A stretch of 64,000 bases of DNA from an uncultured Desulfarculus sp. (GCA_963665125.2 CAXXUK010000001.1:1920001-1984000); one strand, 5' to 3'. Shown: positions 46,901 to 56,902, numbered from the stretch's first letter. Translations and numbers: made by a program. Notes: generated by a model from the letters alone, not told the origin.

Positions 46901-48681
46901 CCATTGGAGGCCACGGTCAAGGTGCCGTCGACCACCACCGGACCGCCTGAAAAGTCGAATGCGTCGGCCAGGATTATCGTGCCGTTTCCGCTAAACCGCG
47001 CATTTTCAAAGTTCAGATATGGGCTCGTGTCGTTAATGGTCAGCGTTGTGGCCACATCAAAAACCAGGGTGTCGGTGCCCGCCCCGCCGTCGACATCGCC
47101 TCCCACCGATGATGTCTCGGTTAGGGTTACGCTGTCGTTTCCGGAACCGGCTATCAGATCGCCGGACACGGCGCCGCTGTTGGTGATGGTGCAGTTGCCG
47201 GTGCCGTTCAGGTTGCCGTAAAGGTTGCCACCCACCGTGCCGCTGTTGATAATAACGACTTCGCCGCTGCCGTCCCATATGCCGTACAGGTGCCCACCAT
47301 CAGTGGCAACCGTCCCAGTGTTTACCAGATAGACATTGCCGGTGCCGCCGCTCTGACCACACATGTCCCAGCGCACATCGCCATGGTTTATGACCGTCAC
47401 ATTGCCGGTGCTATCGTCGGCGCCGACCATGGCGTCACCGACATTGCCGTTGTTGACCATGTAGGAATCGCCCTGACTGCTGAAAACACCGAAGAATCCG
47501 CCGCCAACCGTACCGTTATTGGTCATGGTGGCGTTGCCTTCGCCGTTTTCCACGCCCACGAAGTCGCCTATCTGCACCGTGCCGTTGTTGGTCAAGTCAA
47601 CACTGCCCCAGCCCGCTTCATTGCCGACAAAATCAAGGCCCACGGTTCCGTTGTTGATCATGGTCACGTTGCCGCGCGCCATCCAGATACCGGTGAACAC
47701 TACCGCGACCGTGCCGGTTCCAGTGTTGAGCATATTCACGTCGCCCGTGGCCACGGTGGCGGTCTCGGCCGTGGTCAGGCCCACGGCCCAAAAGGTCCAG
47801 CCGGAGTTGATGATCGTTACGTCGCCGATTGACGAGTCACCGCCTATCATCGGCCCGTCCACTTGTCCGGCGTTGTTGATGTAGACATTGCCGGTGGCGG
47901 CCACGGCGCCTCCCAGCGCGTCGAACAGCCTGGCGTTTTGGCCGATGGTGATGTTGACGTCGCCGCTGCCGTAATAATTACCCACGACCTCAAATAGCAC
48001 ATTGCCGTCGATATTCATCTGGCTGGGGCCCATGGAATAGATCCAGCCGCCGACCGCACTACCGTTTTCCAGGTTGATGGTCAATCCATTGGTGTCGCTG
48101 TCAATGTCTCCCGCCAGCCTCCCGGTGGATGAGATATTTACCGTGCCGCCGTTGCGCACCAGAAGCAGATCAGAGGTCAATAAAGCGTCTAGTTGAAGGG
48201 TGCCGCCATACAAGTCGGTCTGGTCCGCTATGCTGGTGGCGGCGTCGATGGTCGTGGTGCCGTCGGGCGTTATGCGGCCCAATTCGAAATTGTTGATGCC
48301 GCCGCCGAACACGCCGCTGAAAGTCGGCACGCCGGTTAGCACCAGGGTGTCATCGCCCGCCCCGCCATTGACCAAGCCGGTGAAGACCGCGCCGCCAAAC
48401 GCTTCAACCGTATCATCGTTGGCGCCGCAGGTGGTCGTGCCTCCCACGTTGCCGGTGTTGACCAGACGGTCCGTGCCGCCCTGGGACATGTCCCAGTTTC
48501 CGGTTATGGTGCCGTTGTTGGTGTAGAGGTCGTTGTTAACCGTGCCGTCCCAATTTCCGACTATGGTGCCGTTGTTTGTGGCCGTGTCGGCGCTGCAAGG
48601 CAACGAAAAACACAAGGTGGCAACAACAAACAAAATGGCCGCCAAAGTACGGCGGCAAGGTTGGGACGATGCAGCAGGCAT
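43951..48681 (-). CDS. type Va autotransporter (adhesin-like)
   Basis: Signal peptide; G/N/T/V-rich beta-helical passenger, APGNSIGTL, C-terminal beta-barrel ending in DWRF. Confidence 0.92.
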   Translation of the reverse strand: MPAASSQPCRRTLAAILFVVATLCFSLPCSADTATNNGTIVGNWDGTVNNDLYTNNGTITGNWDMSQGGTDRLVNTGNVGGTTTCGANDDTVEAFGGAVFTGLVNGGAGDDTLVLTGVPTFSGVFGGGINNFELGRITPDGTTTIDAATSIADQTDLYGGTLQLDALLTSDLLLVRNGGTVNISSTGRLAGDIDSDTNGLTINLENGSAVGGWIYSMGPSQMNIDGNVLFEVVGNYYGSGDVNITIGQNARLFDALGGAVAATGNVYINNAGQVDGPMIGGDSSIGDVTIINSGWTFWAVGLTTAETATVATGDVNMLNTGTGTVAVVFTGIWMARGNVTMINNGTVGLDFVGNEAGWGSVDLTNNGTVQIGDFVGVENGEGNATMTNNGTVGGGFFGVFSSQGDSYMVNNGNVGDAMVGADDSTGNVTVINHGDVRWDMCGQSGGTGNVYLVNTGTVATDGGHLYGIWDGSGEVVIINSGTVGGNLYGNLNGTGNCTITNSGAVSGDLIAGSGNDSVTLTETSSVGGDVDGGAGTDTLVFDVATTLTINDTSPYLNFENARFSGNGTIILADAFDFSGGPVVVDGTLTVASNGSFLADSLDVNSANSLNINGAVTVSGETSVDGTLNVNSGGTLATGTMTVSNGNTANISGRVDVSGDSDVAGTLNLDSGGQFNTASLDVSGSADISGDANVTGATVVSGSASVGSGGSLDTASLNVSGSADISGTANVTGATVVSGSASVGTGGSLDTASLNVSGSADISGTANATGATVVSGSASVGTGGSLDTASLTVSGSAALNGDANVTGATVVSGSASVGTGGSLDTASLTVSGSAALNGDANVTGATVVSGSASVGTGGSLDTASLNVSGSAALNGDANVTGATVVSGSASVGTGGSLDTASLNVSGSAALNGDANVTGATVVSGSASVGTGGSLDTASLNVSGSARINGDVSVADGAVVYGSLILGNGGALTSGSLNVASGGSANLGGNAAVNGATTVAGNMNVSGSLSTGSLGVSGRTAITGSVNSGSTDVSGVLVVNGSLTSPTVAVSGGGVVGGSGTINGNVSNTGGIAPGNSIGTLQITGAYIHQSGATYYCEITADGQSDQIITDSAMINGGTLATYLPIGLYTGNMSWTVITAGNGIYGNFDTVTGGFNTAVLSLGARNSGTAIELVLARTPYEQLADNETQRAVGRALDAVVPLAAGNTDDLANLIVKMDFDYDLGQIRQAMGAMAPVIYDAFGGSGHSAAGMFDQALLDRADDLRLRRALGLAGPERAEGPLLAMGDEHQAAGMLAGGAGFRDWRVWARAVGNWSDASGSGGKIGYDTSTGGGVFGADGEIMPWLTAGLGLGYSSTSIGWDAGCHSGDQTGMHYGAYATARWGCWYADVAASYASYNNDAKRGINFEDVNATAKADFDSSLWMARLGGGYDLRSGAIVWGPVLWLAYSDYQQDSFLENGAGGLSLNVADLDQNGWNSSVGLRLAGLWQAGSVNLLPKASLMWLHNFSDDARVISATFRDYGNASPMSLNGLDPYADGIAANLGLSATMNGRLSAFVDYGYFYADNFNGHTLTAGIDWRF
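45851..46640 (-). repeat. coding tandem repeat, 7 x 111 bp (37 aa)
   Basis: GCCGAACC anchor at 45851, 45962, 46073 ... 46628; unit SGSAALNGDANVTGATVVSGSASVGTGGSLDTASLNV. Confidence 0.95.
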
Positions 48682-49035
48682 GGTTCGGCCTTTATTTCAC
48701 GCTCAGGCAGCGGGCAAAAATGATTATTAAACGCGGTTTGACTTATCGGTTGACAAACTGTGTAACATGCTGCACAGGCTCACGATTTATATCATGTTTC
48801 CGCCTGGTTAATCAAATATAATTAATAGGATAATATTTAGAAGCCTGTTACCGCCGGGCATAATGGGTATGAGATGACAGGTTTATTCGACCCAGGCCGC
48901 AAACACCGGTCAAGGAATAGGCCTGAGGAATAGGCTTGCCGCCTGTTGATATCTGATGTATCAGTATTAGCGGCGCACCAGTAAACGGAGCCATTTTTCG
49001 TCGTCCCATGGATTTCATGATTTCGGAGAGCCAGC

Positions 49036-50643
49036 ATGAAGACAACCGTATTTACCAACTGCAACGTCATCACCATGAACGATAAAGCCCCAAAAGCCGA
49101 ATCCTTAGCTGTTCAGGGAGGCAAATTCGTTGCTGTGGGGGACAGGGCCTCGGTGCTGGCGGCAGTGGGCAAGGATATCGCCGAAATAGACCTCGGCGGC
49201 GCGACAGTCACTCCCGGATTCATCGAAACCCATGACCATTTGTCATATTACGGGCTGACCATGTTCATGGCCGACTGCTCCTCGGTGGCCAACAAGACCA
49301 TGGAAGATGTCCTGAACAAGATCGCTGAGACCGCCCGCAACGCCGCCCCCGGCGCATGGGTCATGGGCCAGGGCTTTGACGACACCATGAACGATAAGGC
49401 CCGGCATCTGACCCGCGACGACCTGGACAAGATCTGCCCGGACAACGTGGTGATGATCATGCACACCAGCGCCCACCTGGCCTACACCAACTCCATGGGG
49501 CTGGAGTTGGCCGGGATCACGGCAGATACGCCCCAACCCGAGAGCGGCCACATCGAAAAGGAGCCGGACGGCAGGCCCACCGGGTTGCTTCGCGAGGCAG
49601 GAGCCATAATGCTTTTGATGTCGCATATGCCCCCGCCCCCACCGGACACCTATCACGCTGTGATACCCCTGGCCATGGCCGAGTTCAACAAGGTGGGCGT
49701 CACCAGCGCCCATGACGCCGGCATCGGTATGGCGGGCCACGGCAAGATGACCATCGACGCCTATCGCAAACTAAAAACCGAAGGCCGCATCACCGTGCGG
49801 GTCTACATGACGATCATAGAGGAGCTGTACCGCGGCCTGGCCGATGCCGGACTGGGCATGGGCTTCGGCGACGAGTGGGTCAAGATGGGCGCGGTGAAGT
49901 CCTGGCAGGACGGCTCGATCCAGGGGCTGACCGCCGCCTTGGCCAAGCCCTACCACAATGCCCCTGACTGGCTGGGCGATCTGCTCATCGACCAGCAGGA
50001 GCTGGACGACATGGCGGCCAGATACCAGGCCTTGGGTTTGCAGATGGCCCTGCACGCAAACGGAGACCGGGCCATTGAGAGCGTACTGCTGGCCCTGGAG
50101 CGGGCCCAGGAAAAGCACCCTCGCGACGATCTGCGGCACATGATCATCCATTGCCAGACAGCCACCGAAGATCAGATCCAGCGCATGGCCAAACTGGGCG
50201 CGATCCCCAGCTACTTCATCATGCATGTGCACTATTGGGGCGACCGCCACGCCAGACTGTTCCTGGGGCCGGAGCGGGCCGCGCGCCTCAACCCGCTGGC
50301 GTCCTCCCAAAAGGCCGGCATGACCTACTCGGTGCATGCCGACACGCCGGTGACCCCGCCCAACCCCCTGATGGGCATCCACTGCGCGGTCAACCGCCTC
50401 ACCTCGGGGGGGCAGGTCCTGGGCCCGGAGCAGCGCATATCGGCGCGCGAGGCCCTGAAGACCTATACGACCTACGCCGCCAAATGCAGCTTTGAGGAAG
50501 ACATCAAGGGTTCCATCGAAGAGGGCAAACTGGCCGACTTTGTTTGTCTGGACCAGGATCTGCTGAGCATCGATCCCCTGAAAATCCTGGACACCAAAGT
50601 GCTGGCCACCTATGTCGGCGGCAAAAAGGTGTACGAAGCCTAA
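49036..50643 (+). CDS. amidohydrolase (YtcJ-like, Amidohydro_3)
   Basis: PGFIETHDH, TGLLRE, DGS, HANGDRA, IHCQ, GSIEEGKLADF. Confidence 0.92.
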   Translation: MKTTVFTNCNVITMNDKAPKAESLAVQGGKFVAVGDRASVLAAVGKDIAEIDLGGATVTPGFIETHDHLSYYGLTMFMADCSSVANKTMEDVLNKIAETARNAAPGAWVMGQGFDDTMNDKARHLTRDDLDKICPDNVVMIMHTSAHLAYTNSMGLELAGITADTPQPESGHIEKEPDGRPTGLLREAGAIMLLMSHMPPPPPDTYHAVIPLAMAEFNKVGVTSAHDAGIGMAGHGKMTIDAYRKLKTEGRITVRVYMTIIEELYRGLADAGLGMGFGDEWVKMGAVKSWQDGSIQGLTAALAKPYHNAPDWLGDLLIDQQELDDMAARYQALGLQMALHANGDRAIESVLLALERAQEKHPRDDLRHMIIHCQTATEDQIQRMAKLGAIPSYFIMHVHYWGDRHARLFLGPERAARLNPLASSQKAGMTYSVHADTPVTPPNPLMGIHCAVNRLTSGGQVLGPEQRISAREALKTYTTYAAKCSFEEDIKGSIEEGKLADFVCLDQDLLSIDPLKILDTKVLATYVGGKKVYEA

Positions 50644-50672
50644 TTCAAGACCTTGCCAGCCTGTAAAATGAC

Positions 50673-50754
50673 GCGAGACCTTTTGCGCCCCAGGCGTAAA
50701 AGGTCTCGCACAAAGTTTTTTGGGGTGTGGGGGCACTTTTCAAAAAGCCCCCAC
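50673..50754. repeat. double-hairpin intergenic element related to the 24-kb element ends
   Basis: GCGAGACCTTTT/AAAAGGTCTCGC stem, then AAAGTTTTTTGGGGTGTGGGGGCACTTTTCAAAAAGCCCCCAC. Confidence 0.6.
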
Positions 50755-50758
50755 GAAC

Positions 50759-51769
50759 TTAATACTCCAAATGCTCTTCGCCGGTGATTTTGTGGCTGAA
50801 GAACTTGTAGACCGCGGCCTGGTAGATGATGACTATTGGCACCATGACCAGGGCCACGCCCAGCATGATCTTCAATGTCAGCGGGCTTGAAGAGGAGTTG
50901 AAGGCCGTCATGCTGGCCGCCGGGTCGATGTTGGACGGCAGCAGATTGGGGAACAGGCCGGCCACGCCGAACAGCACGCAGGCCACCACCATCAGCGACG
51001 ACAATGCCCACGCCTTCCACGGCGACTTCAGGCTAAAGCGGCTCAGCAATAGCCCTGCCACGGCCAGAACCGGCAGAAGCCACAACACCGGGTACTTGAG
51101 ATAATTGGCGTAGAGGTTGGTGGCATAGGCCGTGAAGATCAAAAAGGCCACGGCCAGAACAACCAGGGGCAGCCACAGCTTTCCGGCCATGGAGGCCGAG
51201 CGCTGCTGCAGATCGCCATCGGTCTTGACGGCCAGCCAGATGGCGCCGTGATACATGAACATCACTAAAAACAGCAAGCCGCCCAGCAGGCCGTAGGGGT
51301 TGAGCAGGCTCAGCAGGGTGCCCTGGTACACGCCGTTGGCGTCGATGGGAATACCGCTGAAGATATTGGCAAAGGCCACGCCAAACAGCAGGGCCGGCGC
51401 GGCGCTGCCGATGAAGTGGCACCAGTCCCAGATGCTGCGCCAGCCCTCGCTTTCAACCTTGCCCCGGAACTCAAAGGTGACGCCGCGCAGGATCAGGGTG
51501 AACAATACCAGCATCAGGGCCGAATACAGGGCGCTGAACATCACGGCGTAAGTGCCGGGGAAGGCGGCGAAGGTCACGCCGCCGGCGGTGATCAGCCAAA
51601 CTTCGTTCCCGTCCCAGAACGGACCCTGGACATTATAGAATATGCGGCGTTCGTTTTCGTCCTTGGCCATGAAGGGCATCAAGGTGCCCACGCCGAAGTC
51701 AAAGCCGTCCAGCATGAAATACACCGCCCACAACACGCCCCAGAGAACAAACCAAATAGTTTCCAACAT
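50759..51769 (-). CDS. cydB: cytochrome bd ubiquinol oxidase subunit II
   Basis: LDGFDFG, GPFWDGNEVWL, FEFRGK. Confidence 0.95.
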   Translation of the reverse strand: MLETIWFVLWGVLWAVYFMLDGFDFGVGTLMPFMAKDENERRIFYNVQGPFWDGNEVWLITAGGVTFAAFPGTYAVMFSALYSALMLVLFTLILRGVTFEFRGKVESEGWRSIWDWCHFIGSAAPALLFGVAFANIFSGIPIDANGVYQGTLLSLLNPYGLLGGLLFLVMFMYHGAIWLAVKTDGDLQQRSASMAGKLWLPLVVLAVAFLIFTAYATNLYANYLKYPVLWLLPVLAVAGLLLSRFSLKSPWKAWALSSLMVVACVLFGVAGLFPNLLPSNIDPAASMTAFNSSSSPLTLKIMLGVALVMVPIVIIYQAAVYKFFSHKITGEEHLEY

Positions 51770-51787
51770 TGTGCTTGTCTCCTTTTC

Positions 51788-53107
51788 CTAGTTCGCCGCT
51801 TGGGCGGCCGGTTCGGGGCCCTTTTTCGCGTGCTTGGCCAAAAGATAGAACGCCGCCGCGCCCAACAGGCCATAGACCACGATGAAGGCCAACAGGCTGA
51901 CCGCCACCTGGGACGCGGCAATGGGGCTGACCGCCTCGGAGGTCTTCATCAGGCCCCATACGATCCACGGTTGGCGTCCAACCTCGGCCAGCATCCAGCC
52001 CATTTCATTGGCCAGGTAGGGCAAAGGAATGGCCCAAAGCATTATCTTGAGGTACAGGGGGCTTTCGGCGAGCTTGTTGCGCCGTAAAAATCCCCACACG
52101 GTGAGAATTATAAACAGGGTGCCCAGGCCCACCATGATCCGGAAACCCAGGAATGTGGGCAGCACGGGCGGCCTTTCGTCGGCCGGTATGTCGTTTAGGC
52201 CGGTGACCTTGGCATTGAAGTCGTTGAAGGCAAGGAACGAAAGCGCGCCGGGAACGGGCAACCACTCGATCATGTTGCCCTCCTTGCCGATGTTGGGAAC
52301 GGTGAGCAGGTAGATTGGGGCCCCTTCCTGGGTCTGCCAATGGGATTCCATGGCCGCCAGCTTGGAGGGCTGCTTTTCAGCCACTTCCTTGCCGCTCATA
52401 TCACCGGTGACCGCCGCGAAGACGCTGAAAACAAGGGCAAAGACCAGGGCGATGCGGAATGATTTGCCGAAAAATTCCGTTTCCCGCTTGCGCAGCAGGT
52501 GCCAGGCGCTGATGCCCATGACAAAGAAACCGGCCAGAATGTACGCGCCGGACAAGGTGTGGGAAAATTCGATGATGGCGAATTTCTGGGTGGCGACGGC
52601 AATGAAATCGTCAAGCTCGGCCCGGCCGTTGCGCAGGACATAGCCTAAAGGGTGCTGCATGAAGGCATTGGCGGCCAGAATCCAGTAGGCGCTGATATTT
52701 GAGGCGATGGCCACCACCCAGATGCAGGCCAAATGGGCCCTGGGCGAAAGCCTTTTCCAGCCGAAGACCCAAACGGCGATGAATGTCGACTCCAGGAAAA
52801 AGGCCACCGTGGCCTCGATGGCCAACAGAGATCCGAAGATGTCGCCGACATACGCCGAATAGCGTGACCAGTTGGTGCCAAACTGGAATTCCAGGGTTAT
52901 GCCCGTGACAACGCCGATTGCAAAGTTGATTAAAAACAGCTTGCCCCAGAACTTGGCCATGCGTTTGTATTGCTCGTCGCCGGTTTGGACAAAGCGGGTT
53001 TCCATGAAGGCTACGAGTAGAGACAGACCCAAGGTGAGAGGCACGAACAAAAAATGAAAAAAAGTGGCTGCGGCGAATTGCAGCCTGGAGAGCATCAACA
53101 CGTCCAT
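51788..53107 (-). CDS. cydA: cytochrome bd ubiquinol oxidase subunit I
   Basis: LSRLQFA...HFLFVP, EFQFGTNW, QPSKLAAME, EVGRQPW. Confidence 0.96.
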   Translation of the reverse strand: MDVLMLSRLQFAAATFFHFLFVPLTLGLSLLVAFMETRFVQTGDEQYKRMAKFWGKLFLINFAIGVVTGITLEFQFGTNWSRYSAYVGDIFGSLLAIEATVAFFLESTFIAVWVFGWKRLSPRAHLACIWVVAIASNISAYWILAANAFMQHPLGYVLRNGRAELDDFIAVATQKFAIIEFSHTLSGAYILAGFFVMGISAWHLLRKRETEFFGKSFRIALVFALVFSVFAAVTGDMSGKEVAEKQPSKLAAMESHWQTQEGAPIYLLTVPNIGKEGNMIEWLPVPGALSFLAFNDFNAKVTGLNDIPADERPPVLPTFLGFRIMVGLGTLFIILTVWGFLRRNKLAESPLYLKIMLWAIPLPYLANEMGWMLAEVGRQPWIVWGLMKTSEAVSPIAASQVAVSLLAFIVVYGLLGAAAFYLLAKHAKKGPEPAAQAAN

Positions 53108-53233
53108 AAGCACCACCCTTGTTTCCCAGGTTTTCCCCCGGTGCATGCCGAACGGGCAAACACCTCTATATTAAAGATCATTTTAAACCGTAGTATTTGT
53201 GAAATTGCAACGGCTTTTTTATCTGCTCATAAT

Positions 53234-53251
53234 ATTGAATATCATTTGCAT
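53234..53251. promoter_or_regulatory. possible Fur-family box upstream of cydA
   Basis: ATTGAATATCATTTGCAT, an imperfect TGAAAATnATTTTCA-like dyad. Confidence 0.35.
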
Positions 53252-53297
53252 AATCAAGCAAAAATTTACCCCGCCTGGATCGGCGGGGCTGAACAGA

Positions 53298-54263
53298 TTA
53301 ATTAACCGGCAAGGCCAGTAAATTACCGGCCAAGGGCCTTCGCCAGTCGACCTTGAACATCAAGTTGCGGTCAAAGCGCGTGAGATAATAAACCTCATAG
53401 CGGTGTTCGGCAAAAATGGCCTCCAGATGGTCTTTGGCCGCGACCGCCATCTTGGGATCCGGGAAGTTATGATCCTCGTGTTCGAACACGATATACGGCC
53501 TTACATTATCGAGTATTTCCGAAGCCCCGGCCAAGGCGTGGTCCTCGAAGCCCTGGATATCCAATTTGATGACGGCCGGCTTCATATCCTTGCCCCGGAA
53601 ATAATCATCCAGAGTAATGACGTCGACATCTATCACATTGCCGGGGTTGTCAATCTTCGGCGGCTGAACGAACGACGAATCGGCCAGGTAAACACCGTCA
53701 AAGGCGTGGAACGTAAGCTGCCCCGGCTCCGAACCCAACGCCTTTTCAACGACATGCAGGTTTGGCGCGGGGTTGATCGATAAATTGGCCCGAAAGCGGG
53801 ACAGGGCCGCCGGGTTTGGCTCAAAAGAGTGGACCTGCACGCCGGGCAGTGCCTTGGCCCAGGGAATGGCCAGGCCGCCAACGTTGCCGCCCACATCCGC
53901 GATGGCCATGCCCGGCTTGGCCAGGTCAGCCACCAATTCCAGGACATCGCGGTCAAAAAATCCGCTCTGGATTATCTTCCATTCCAGAGGATATTTTCGA
54001 TCACAATGGAAAAAAATCGAAGCGCCGCGGAAATCGGTGCGCACAAGGTTATCGCCGCCGCTGAACTGCATGGCGTCCTTGTCCGAGTAATAACCCTCGT
54101 CCTCCGGGTTTTTACCTTTTTCCAGACGCTTCAAATAGCGAATGCCGTCCACCTGTTCAAAGCGTTTTCGCAGACCTGCCTGATACATCAGTTTGAATAT
54201 TTTTCGCACGTTGCCCTCCGCAGTTGGATATCCAACCGGATTGCACCCTATAGCATTTCCCAC
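53298..54263 (-). CDS. FkbM family methyltransferase
   Basis: DVGGNVG, SFEPNP, TLDD, KLDIQGFE; start uncertain. Confidence 0.87.
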   Translation of the reverse strand: MGNAIGCNPVGYPTAEGNVRKIFKLMYQAGLRKRFEQVDGIRYLKRLEKGKNPEDEGYYSDKDAMQFSGGDNLVRTDFRGASIFFHCDRKYPLEWKIIQSGFFDRDVLELVADLAKPGMAIADVGGNVGGLAIPWAKALPGVQVHSFEPNPAALSRFRANLSINPAPNLHVVEKALGSEPGQLTFHAFDGVYLADSSFVQPPKIDNPGNVIDVDVITLDDYFRGKDMKPAVIKLDIQGFEDHALAGASEILDNVRPYIVFEHEDHNFPDPKMAVAAKDHLEAIFAEHRYEVYYLTRFDRNLMFKVDWRRPLAGNLLALPVN

Positions 54264-54416
54264 AAGTTCGTCAACACGAACAAGTTAACCCCACCGCAAT
54301 CAAGGTGTTTATTCTTCCCCGAAATGCGGCCGCTGTTTTATAATGACAAAAAGCGCCGAGACTGGCCCTCTACAGGAGCAACGTTGCCTGCGCCCTTTGG
54401 CTGGGAGGATTATTGC

Positions 54417-55058
54417 ATGAAGGTCAAAAATTGGATGAGTATTGATCCCATAACCGTTACTCCGGACACTCAAGTCACAGCGGCACACAAGATAATGGCC
54501 GAAAACCGCATTCGCCGCCTACCCGTTGTCGATGACGATGGCACCCTTGTCGGAATGATAACCCTGCGCAACATCATCGAGGCGTCTCCTTCGGCGGCCG
54601 ATGCCTTGAGCAGACACGAAATGAACGCCCTGATGGCCAAACTCAAAGTAGGCCACATCATGGCGAAGAACCCTGATACATGCTCGCCTGAAGATTCGGT
54701 TTTGGATGTCATGCGCAGAGGCCATGTCAAGGGCATCGGCGCCTATCCGGTTGTTGAAGACGGAAAACTGGTGGGTATCACCACCGAGACCGAAATCTTC
54801 CGGGCCATGGTCCACATTTTCGGCACCCATGAAGGCAACAGCATCGTAGTGCTGGAAGGCGTGGATCTGGAAAACAGCCTTGGCGAGGTCAGCAAAATCG
54901 CCACGCTCATTGAAAAGGTCTCAGTCCCCGTGGAGGCCATATTCAGTTTGCCCGAACGCAGATCTTCAGGGCACAGGGTCTATGTAAGGGTGCAAACCTC
55001 CCAGCCCAAGGATGTAATCAAAACGCTCAAGGCCGCCGGATACAATGTGATCAAGTAG
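54417..55058 (+). CDS. AcuB-like CBS pair plus ACT-like domain protein
   Basis: MKVKNWM, IRRLPVVD, ASPSAADALSRHE, LVGITTETEIF; GGAGG RBS. Confidence 0.85.
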   Translation: MKVKNWMSIDPITVTPDTQVTAAHKIMAENRIRRLPVVDDDGTLVGMITLRNIIEASPSAADALSRHEMNALMAKLKVGHIMAKNPDTCSPEDSVLDVMRRGHVKGIGAYPVVEDGKLVGITTETEIFRAMVHIFGTHEGNSIVVLEGVDLENSLGEVSKIATLIEKVSVPVEAIFSLPERRSSGHRVYVRVQTSQPKDVIKTLKAAGYNVIK

Positions 55059-55107
55059 ACCGACCAAAAGGCTATCAAGGCCAGACCCAAAGCTGATATA
55101 GTTTCTC

Positions 55108-55145
55108 CTGCAAGACCATATCCCTAATGGGACATGGTCTTGCAG
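55108..55145. terminator. long hairpin downstream of the CBS gene
   Basis: CTGCAAGACCAT...ATGGTCTTGCAG; no T tract. Confidence 0.4.
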
Positions 55146-55315
55146 CGGCCGTTAACATAATCAGGGATTATGAAGACGCAGCAGTGTAATTTCAGCTATA
55201 TTCAGCTTGATTTCCCATTCCTTGAAATCCCCATCACCAAAGCACGCCGCAAGCCGACCGCGCCAATTGAGCGAAAATGGTTGCACAAATGGATCTGCGA
55301 AAGGAGCGGAAGCAC

Positions 55316-56824
55316 ATGAACATTGCGGAGTTGGGCCAGCGGGAAATAGACGAATATGGCGAGCATGTCAGCATTATCTTTGAGGGGCGCCAGTACACCA
55401 ATGTGGACATGCTAAAGGCTGCCAACAGGCTGGGCAACGCTCTGAAGGGTCTGGGGGTCGAACGCGGCGACCGGGTGATTATCCAGATGCCCAATTGCCC
55501 GGAGGTTTTGCAAAGCTTTGGGGCGGTGTACGCCATAGGCGCAATTGTGGTGCCCATCAACTTTCTGGTGGGCGATGAGGAAACCGCCTACATCTACCAG
55601 GACACCGGGGCCGAGACAATCATCAGCAGCATGGCTTTTTACGACAAAATCCAAAACTGCCGCAAGGGCGCCCCGGCAATAAAAAATATCATACTCATCG
55701 ACGAGGAAGGGCCCGAGGGCACCCTTTCCTACCACAAACTGCTCCAGGAAAACACAGACCAGTTGGAATTGGTGGACACCAGCGACGACGAGGTGGCGGC
55801 CCTGATCTACACATCGGGCACCACGGGCAAACCCAAGGGCGTTATGCACACCCACGGCAGCCTGCTGGCCAATGCCCATATGCAGCACCAAACCATCAAA
55901 CTGCCGGACGGCATGACCAGCATCATGGTCCTGCCGTTGTGCCATTCCTACGGCATCGCCAGCATGAATTACGGTGCTCTCAGGGGCAGCGGCAGATTCG
56001 TTGTCCTAGGCAGCTTCGACATAGACGCCGTTTTCCAGGCCATCGATAAATACAAGGCCAACATGATGGGCGCCGTACCCACCATGTATTTGTACATGCT
56101 GTTGCATCCCGAACCGGAAAAATACGATTTCAGTTCCATGAAATACTGGATTTCGGGCTCGGCCCCCCTGGCCCTGGACACCTGGCAGGCCTTCAAGGAC
56201 AAGTTCGGCTTTGAGATCGTCGAGGGCTGGGGCCTCACCGAAGCCGGGGCCAACAACTCGGTCAACCCCCTGGACGGCAAGAAAAAAATCGGCTCCATCG
56301 GCCTGCCCATGGAAGGGCTGACCATGGGCGTCATGGATGATGACGGCGCCCTGCTGCCCGAGCACAAAGAGGGCGAGATAGTGCTCTCGGGCCCGGTGTT
56401 GATGAAAGGCTATTGGAACAAGCCCGAGGAGACATCGGCCTGCATCATCGACGGCTGGCTGCACACCGGAGACGTTGGTTATCGTGACGAGGAGGGCTAT
56501 TATTTCATCACCGACCGCAAGAAAGACCTGATCATCAAGGGCGGTGAAAACCTCAGCCCCAGGGAAATAGAAGAGGTCATCTTCAGCCATCCGGCCATAT
56601 CCGAGGCTGCGGTCATCGGCATACCGGACAAGGTCTATGGCGAGGAGATCAAGGCATTCGTGGTGCCCAATCCCGGCCAGCAGGTGACAGAGCAGGAATT
56701 GATCGACTATTGCCGGCAGCGGCTCAAGCGTTTCAAATCGCCAAAGATGGTTCAGTTCATGGACGCCCTGCCCAAAAGCCTGGTGGGCAAAATCCTCAAA
56801 AAAGAATTAAGGAAAGCAGATTAA
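55316..56824 (+). CDS. AMP-forming (long-chain) acyl-CoA ligase
   Basis: YTSGTTGKPKG, GWGLTE, LHTGD, PKSLVGK. Confidence 0.94.
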   Translation: MNIAELGQREIDEYGEHVSIIFEGRQYTNVDMLKAANRLGNALKGLGVERGDRVIIQMPNCPEVLQSFGAVYAIGAIVVPINFLVGDEETAYIYQDTGAETIISSMAFYDKIQNCRKGAPAIKNIILIDEEGPEGTLSYHKLLQENTDQLELVDTSDDEVAALIYTSGTTGKPKGVMHTHGSLLANAHMQHQTIKLPDGMTSIMVLPLCHSYGIASMNYGALRGSGRFVVLGSFDIDAVFQAIDKYKANMMGAVPTMYLYMLLHPEPEKYDFSSMKYWISGSAPLALDTWQAFKDKFGFEIVEGWGLTEAGANNSVNPLDGKKKIGSIGLPMEGLTMGVMDDDGALLPEHKEGEIVLSGPVLMKGYWNKPEETSACIIDGWLHTGDVGYRDEEGYYFITDRKKDLIIKGGENLSPREIEEVIFSHPAISEAAVIGIPDKVYGEEIKAFVVPNPGQQVTEQELIDYCRQRLKRFKSPKMVQFMDALPKSLVGKILKKELRKAD

Positions 56825-56902
56825 AAAATAGGTTATTATGGATAAATAAGCATATTGCAGCGGCCCGCCCGGATCGGCCCAGTCATGGGGCGGCCCGGCG
56901 AC

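Noticed and set aside
45842..47221. 459-aa repetitive plus-strand ORF, or a CRISPR-like array
   Set aside because: Reverse complement of the autotransporter repeats; units are contiguous and in frame, with no unique spacers and no cas genes
53829..54416. Long N-terminal extension of the CBS protein
   Set aside because: Overlaps the FkbM gene antisense; the true start is at 54417 with a GGAGG RBS
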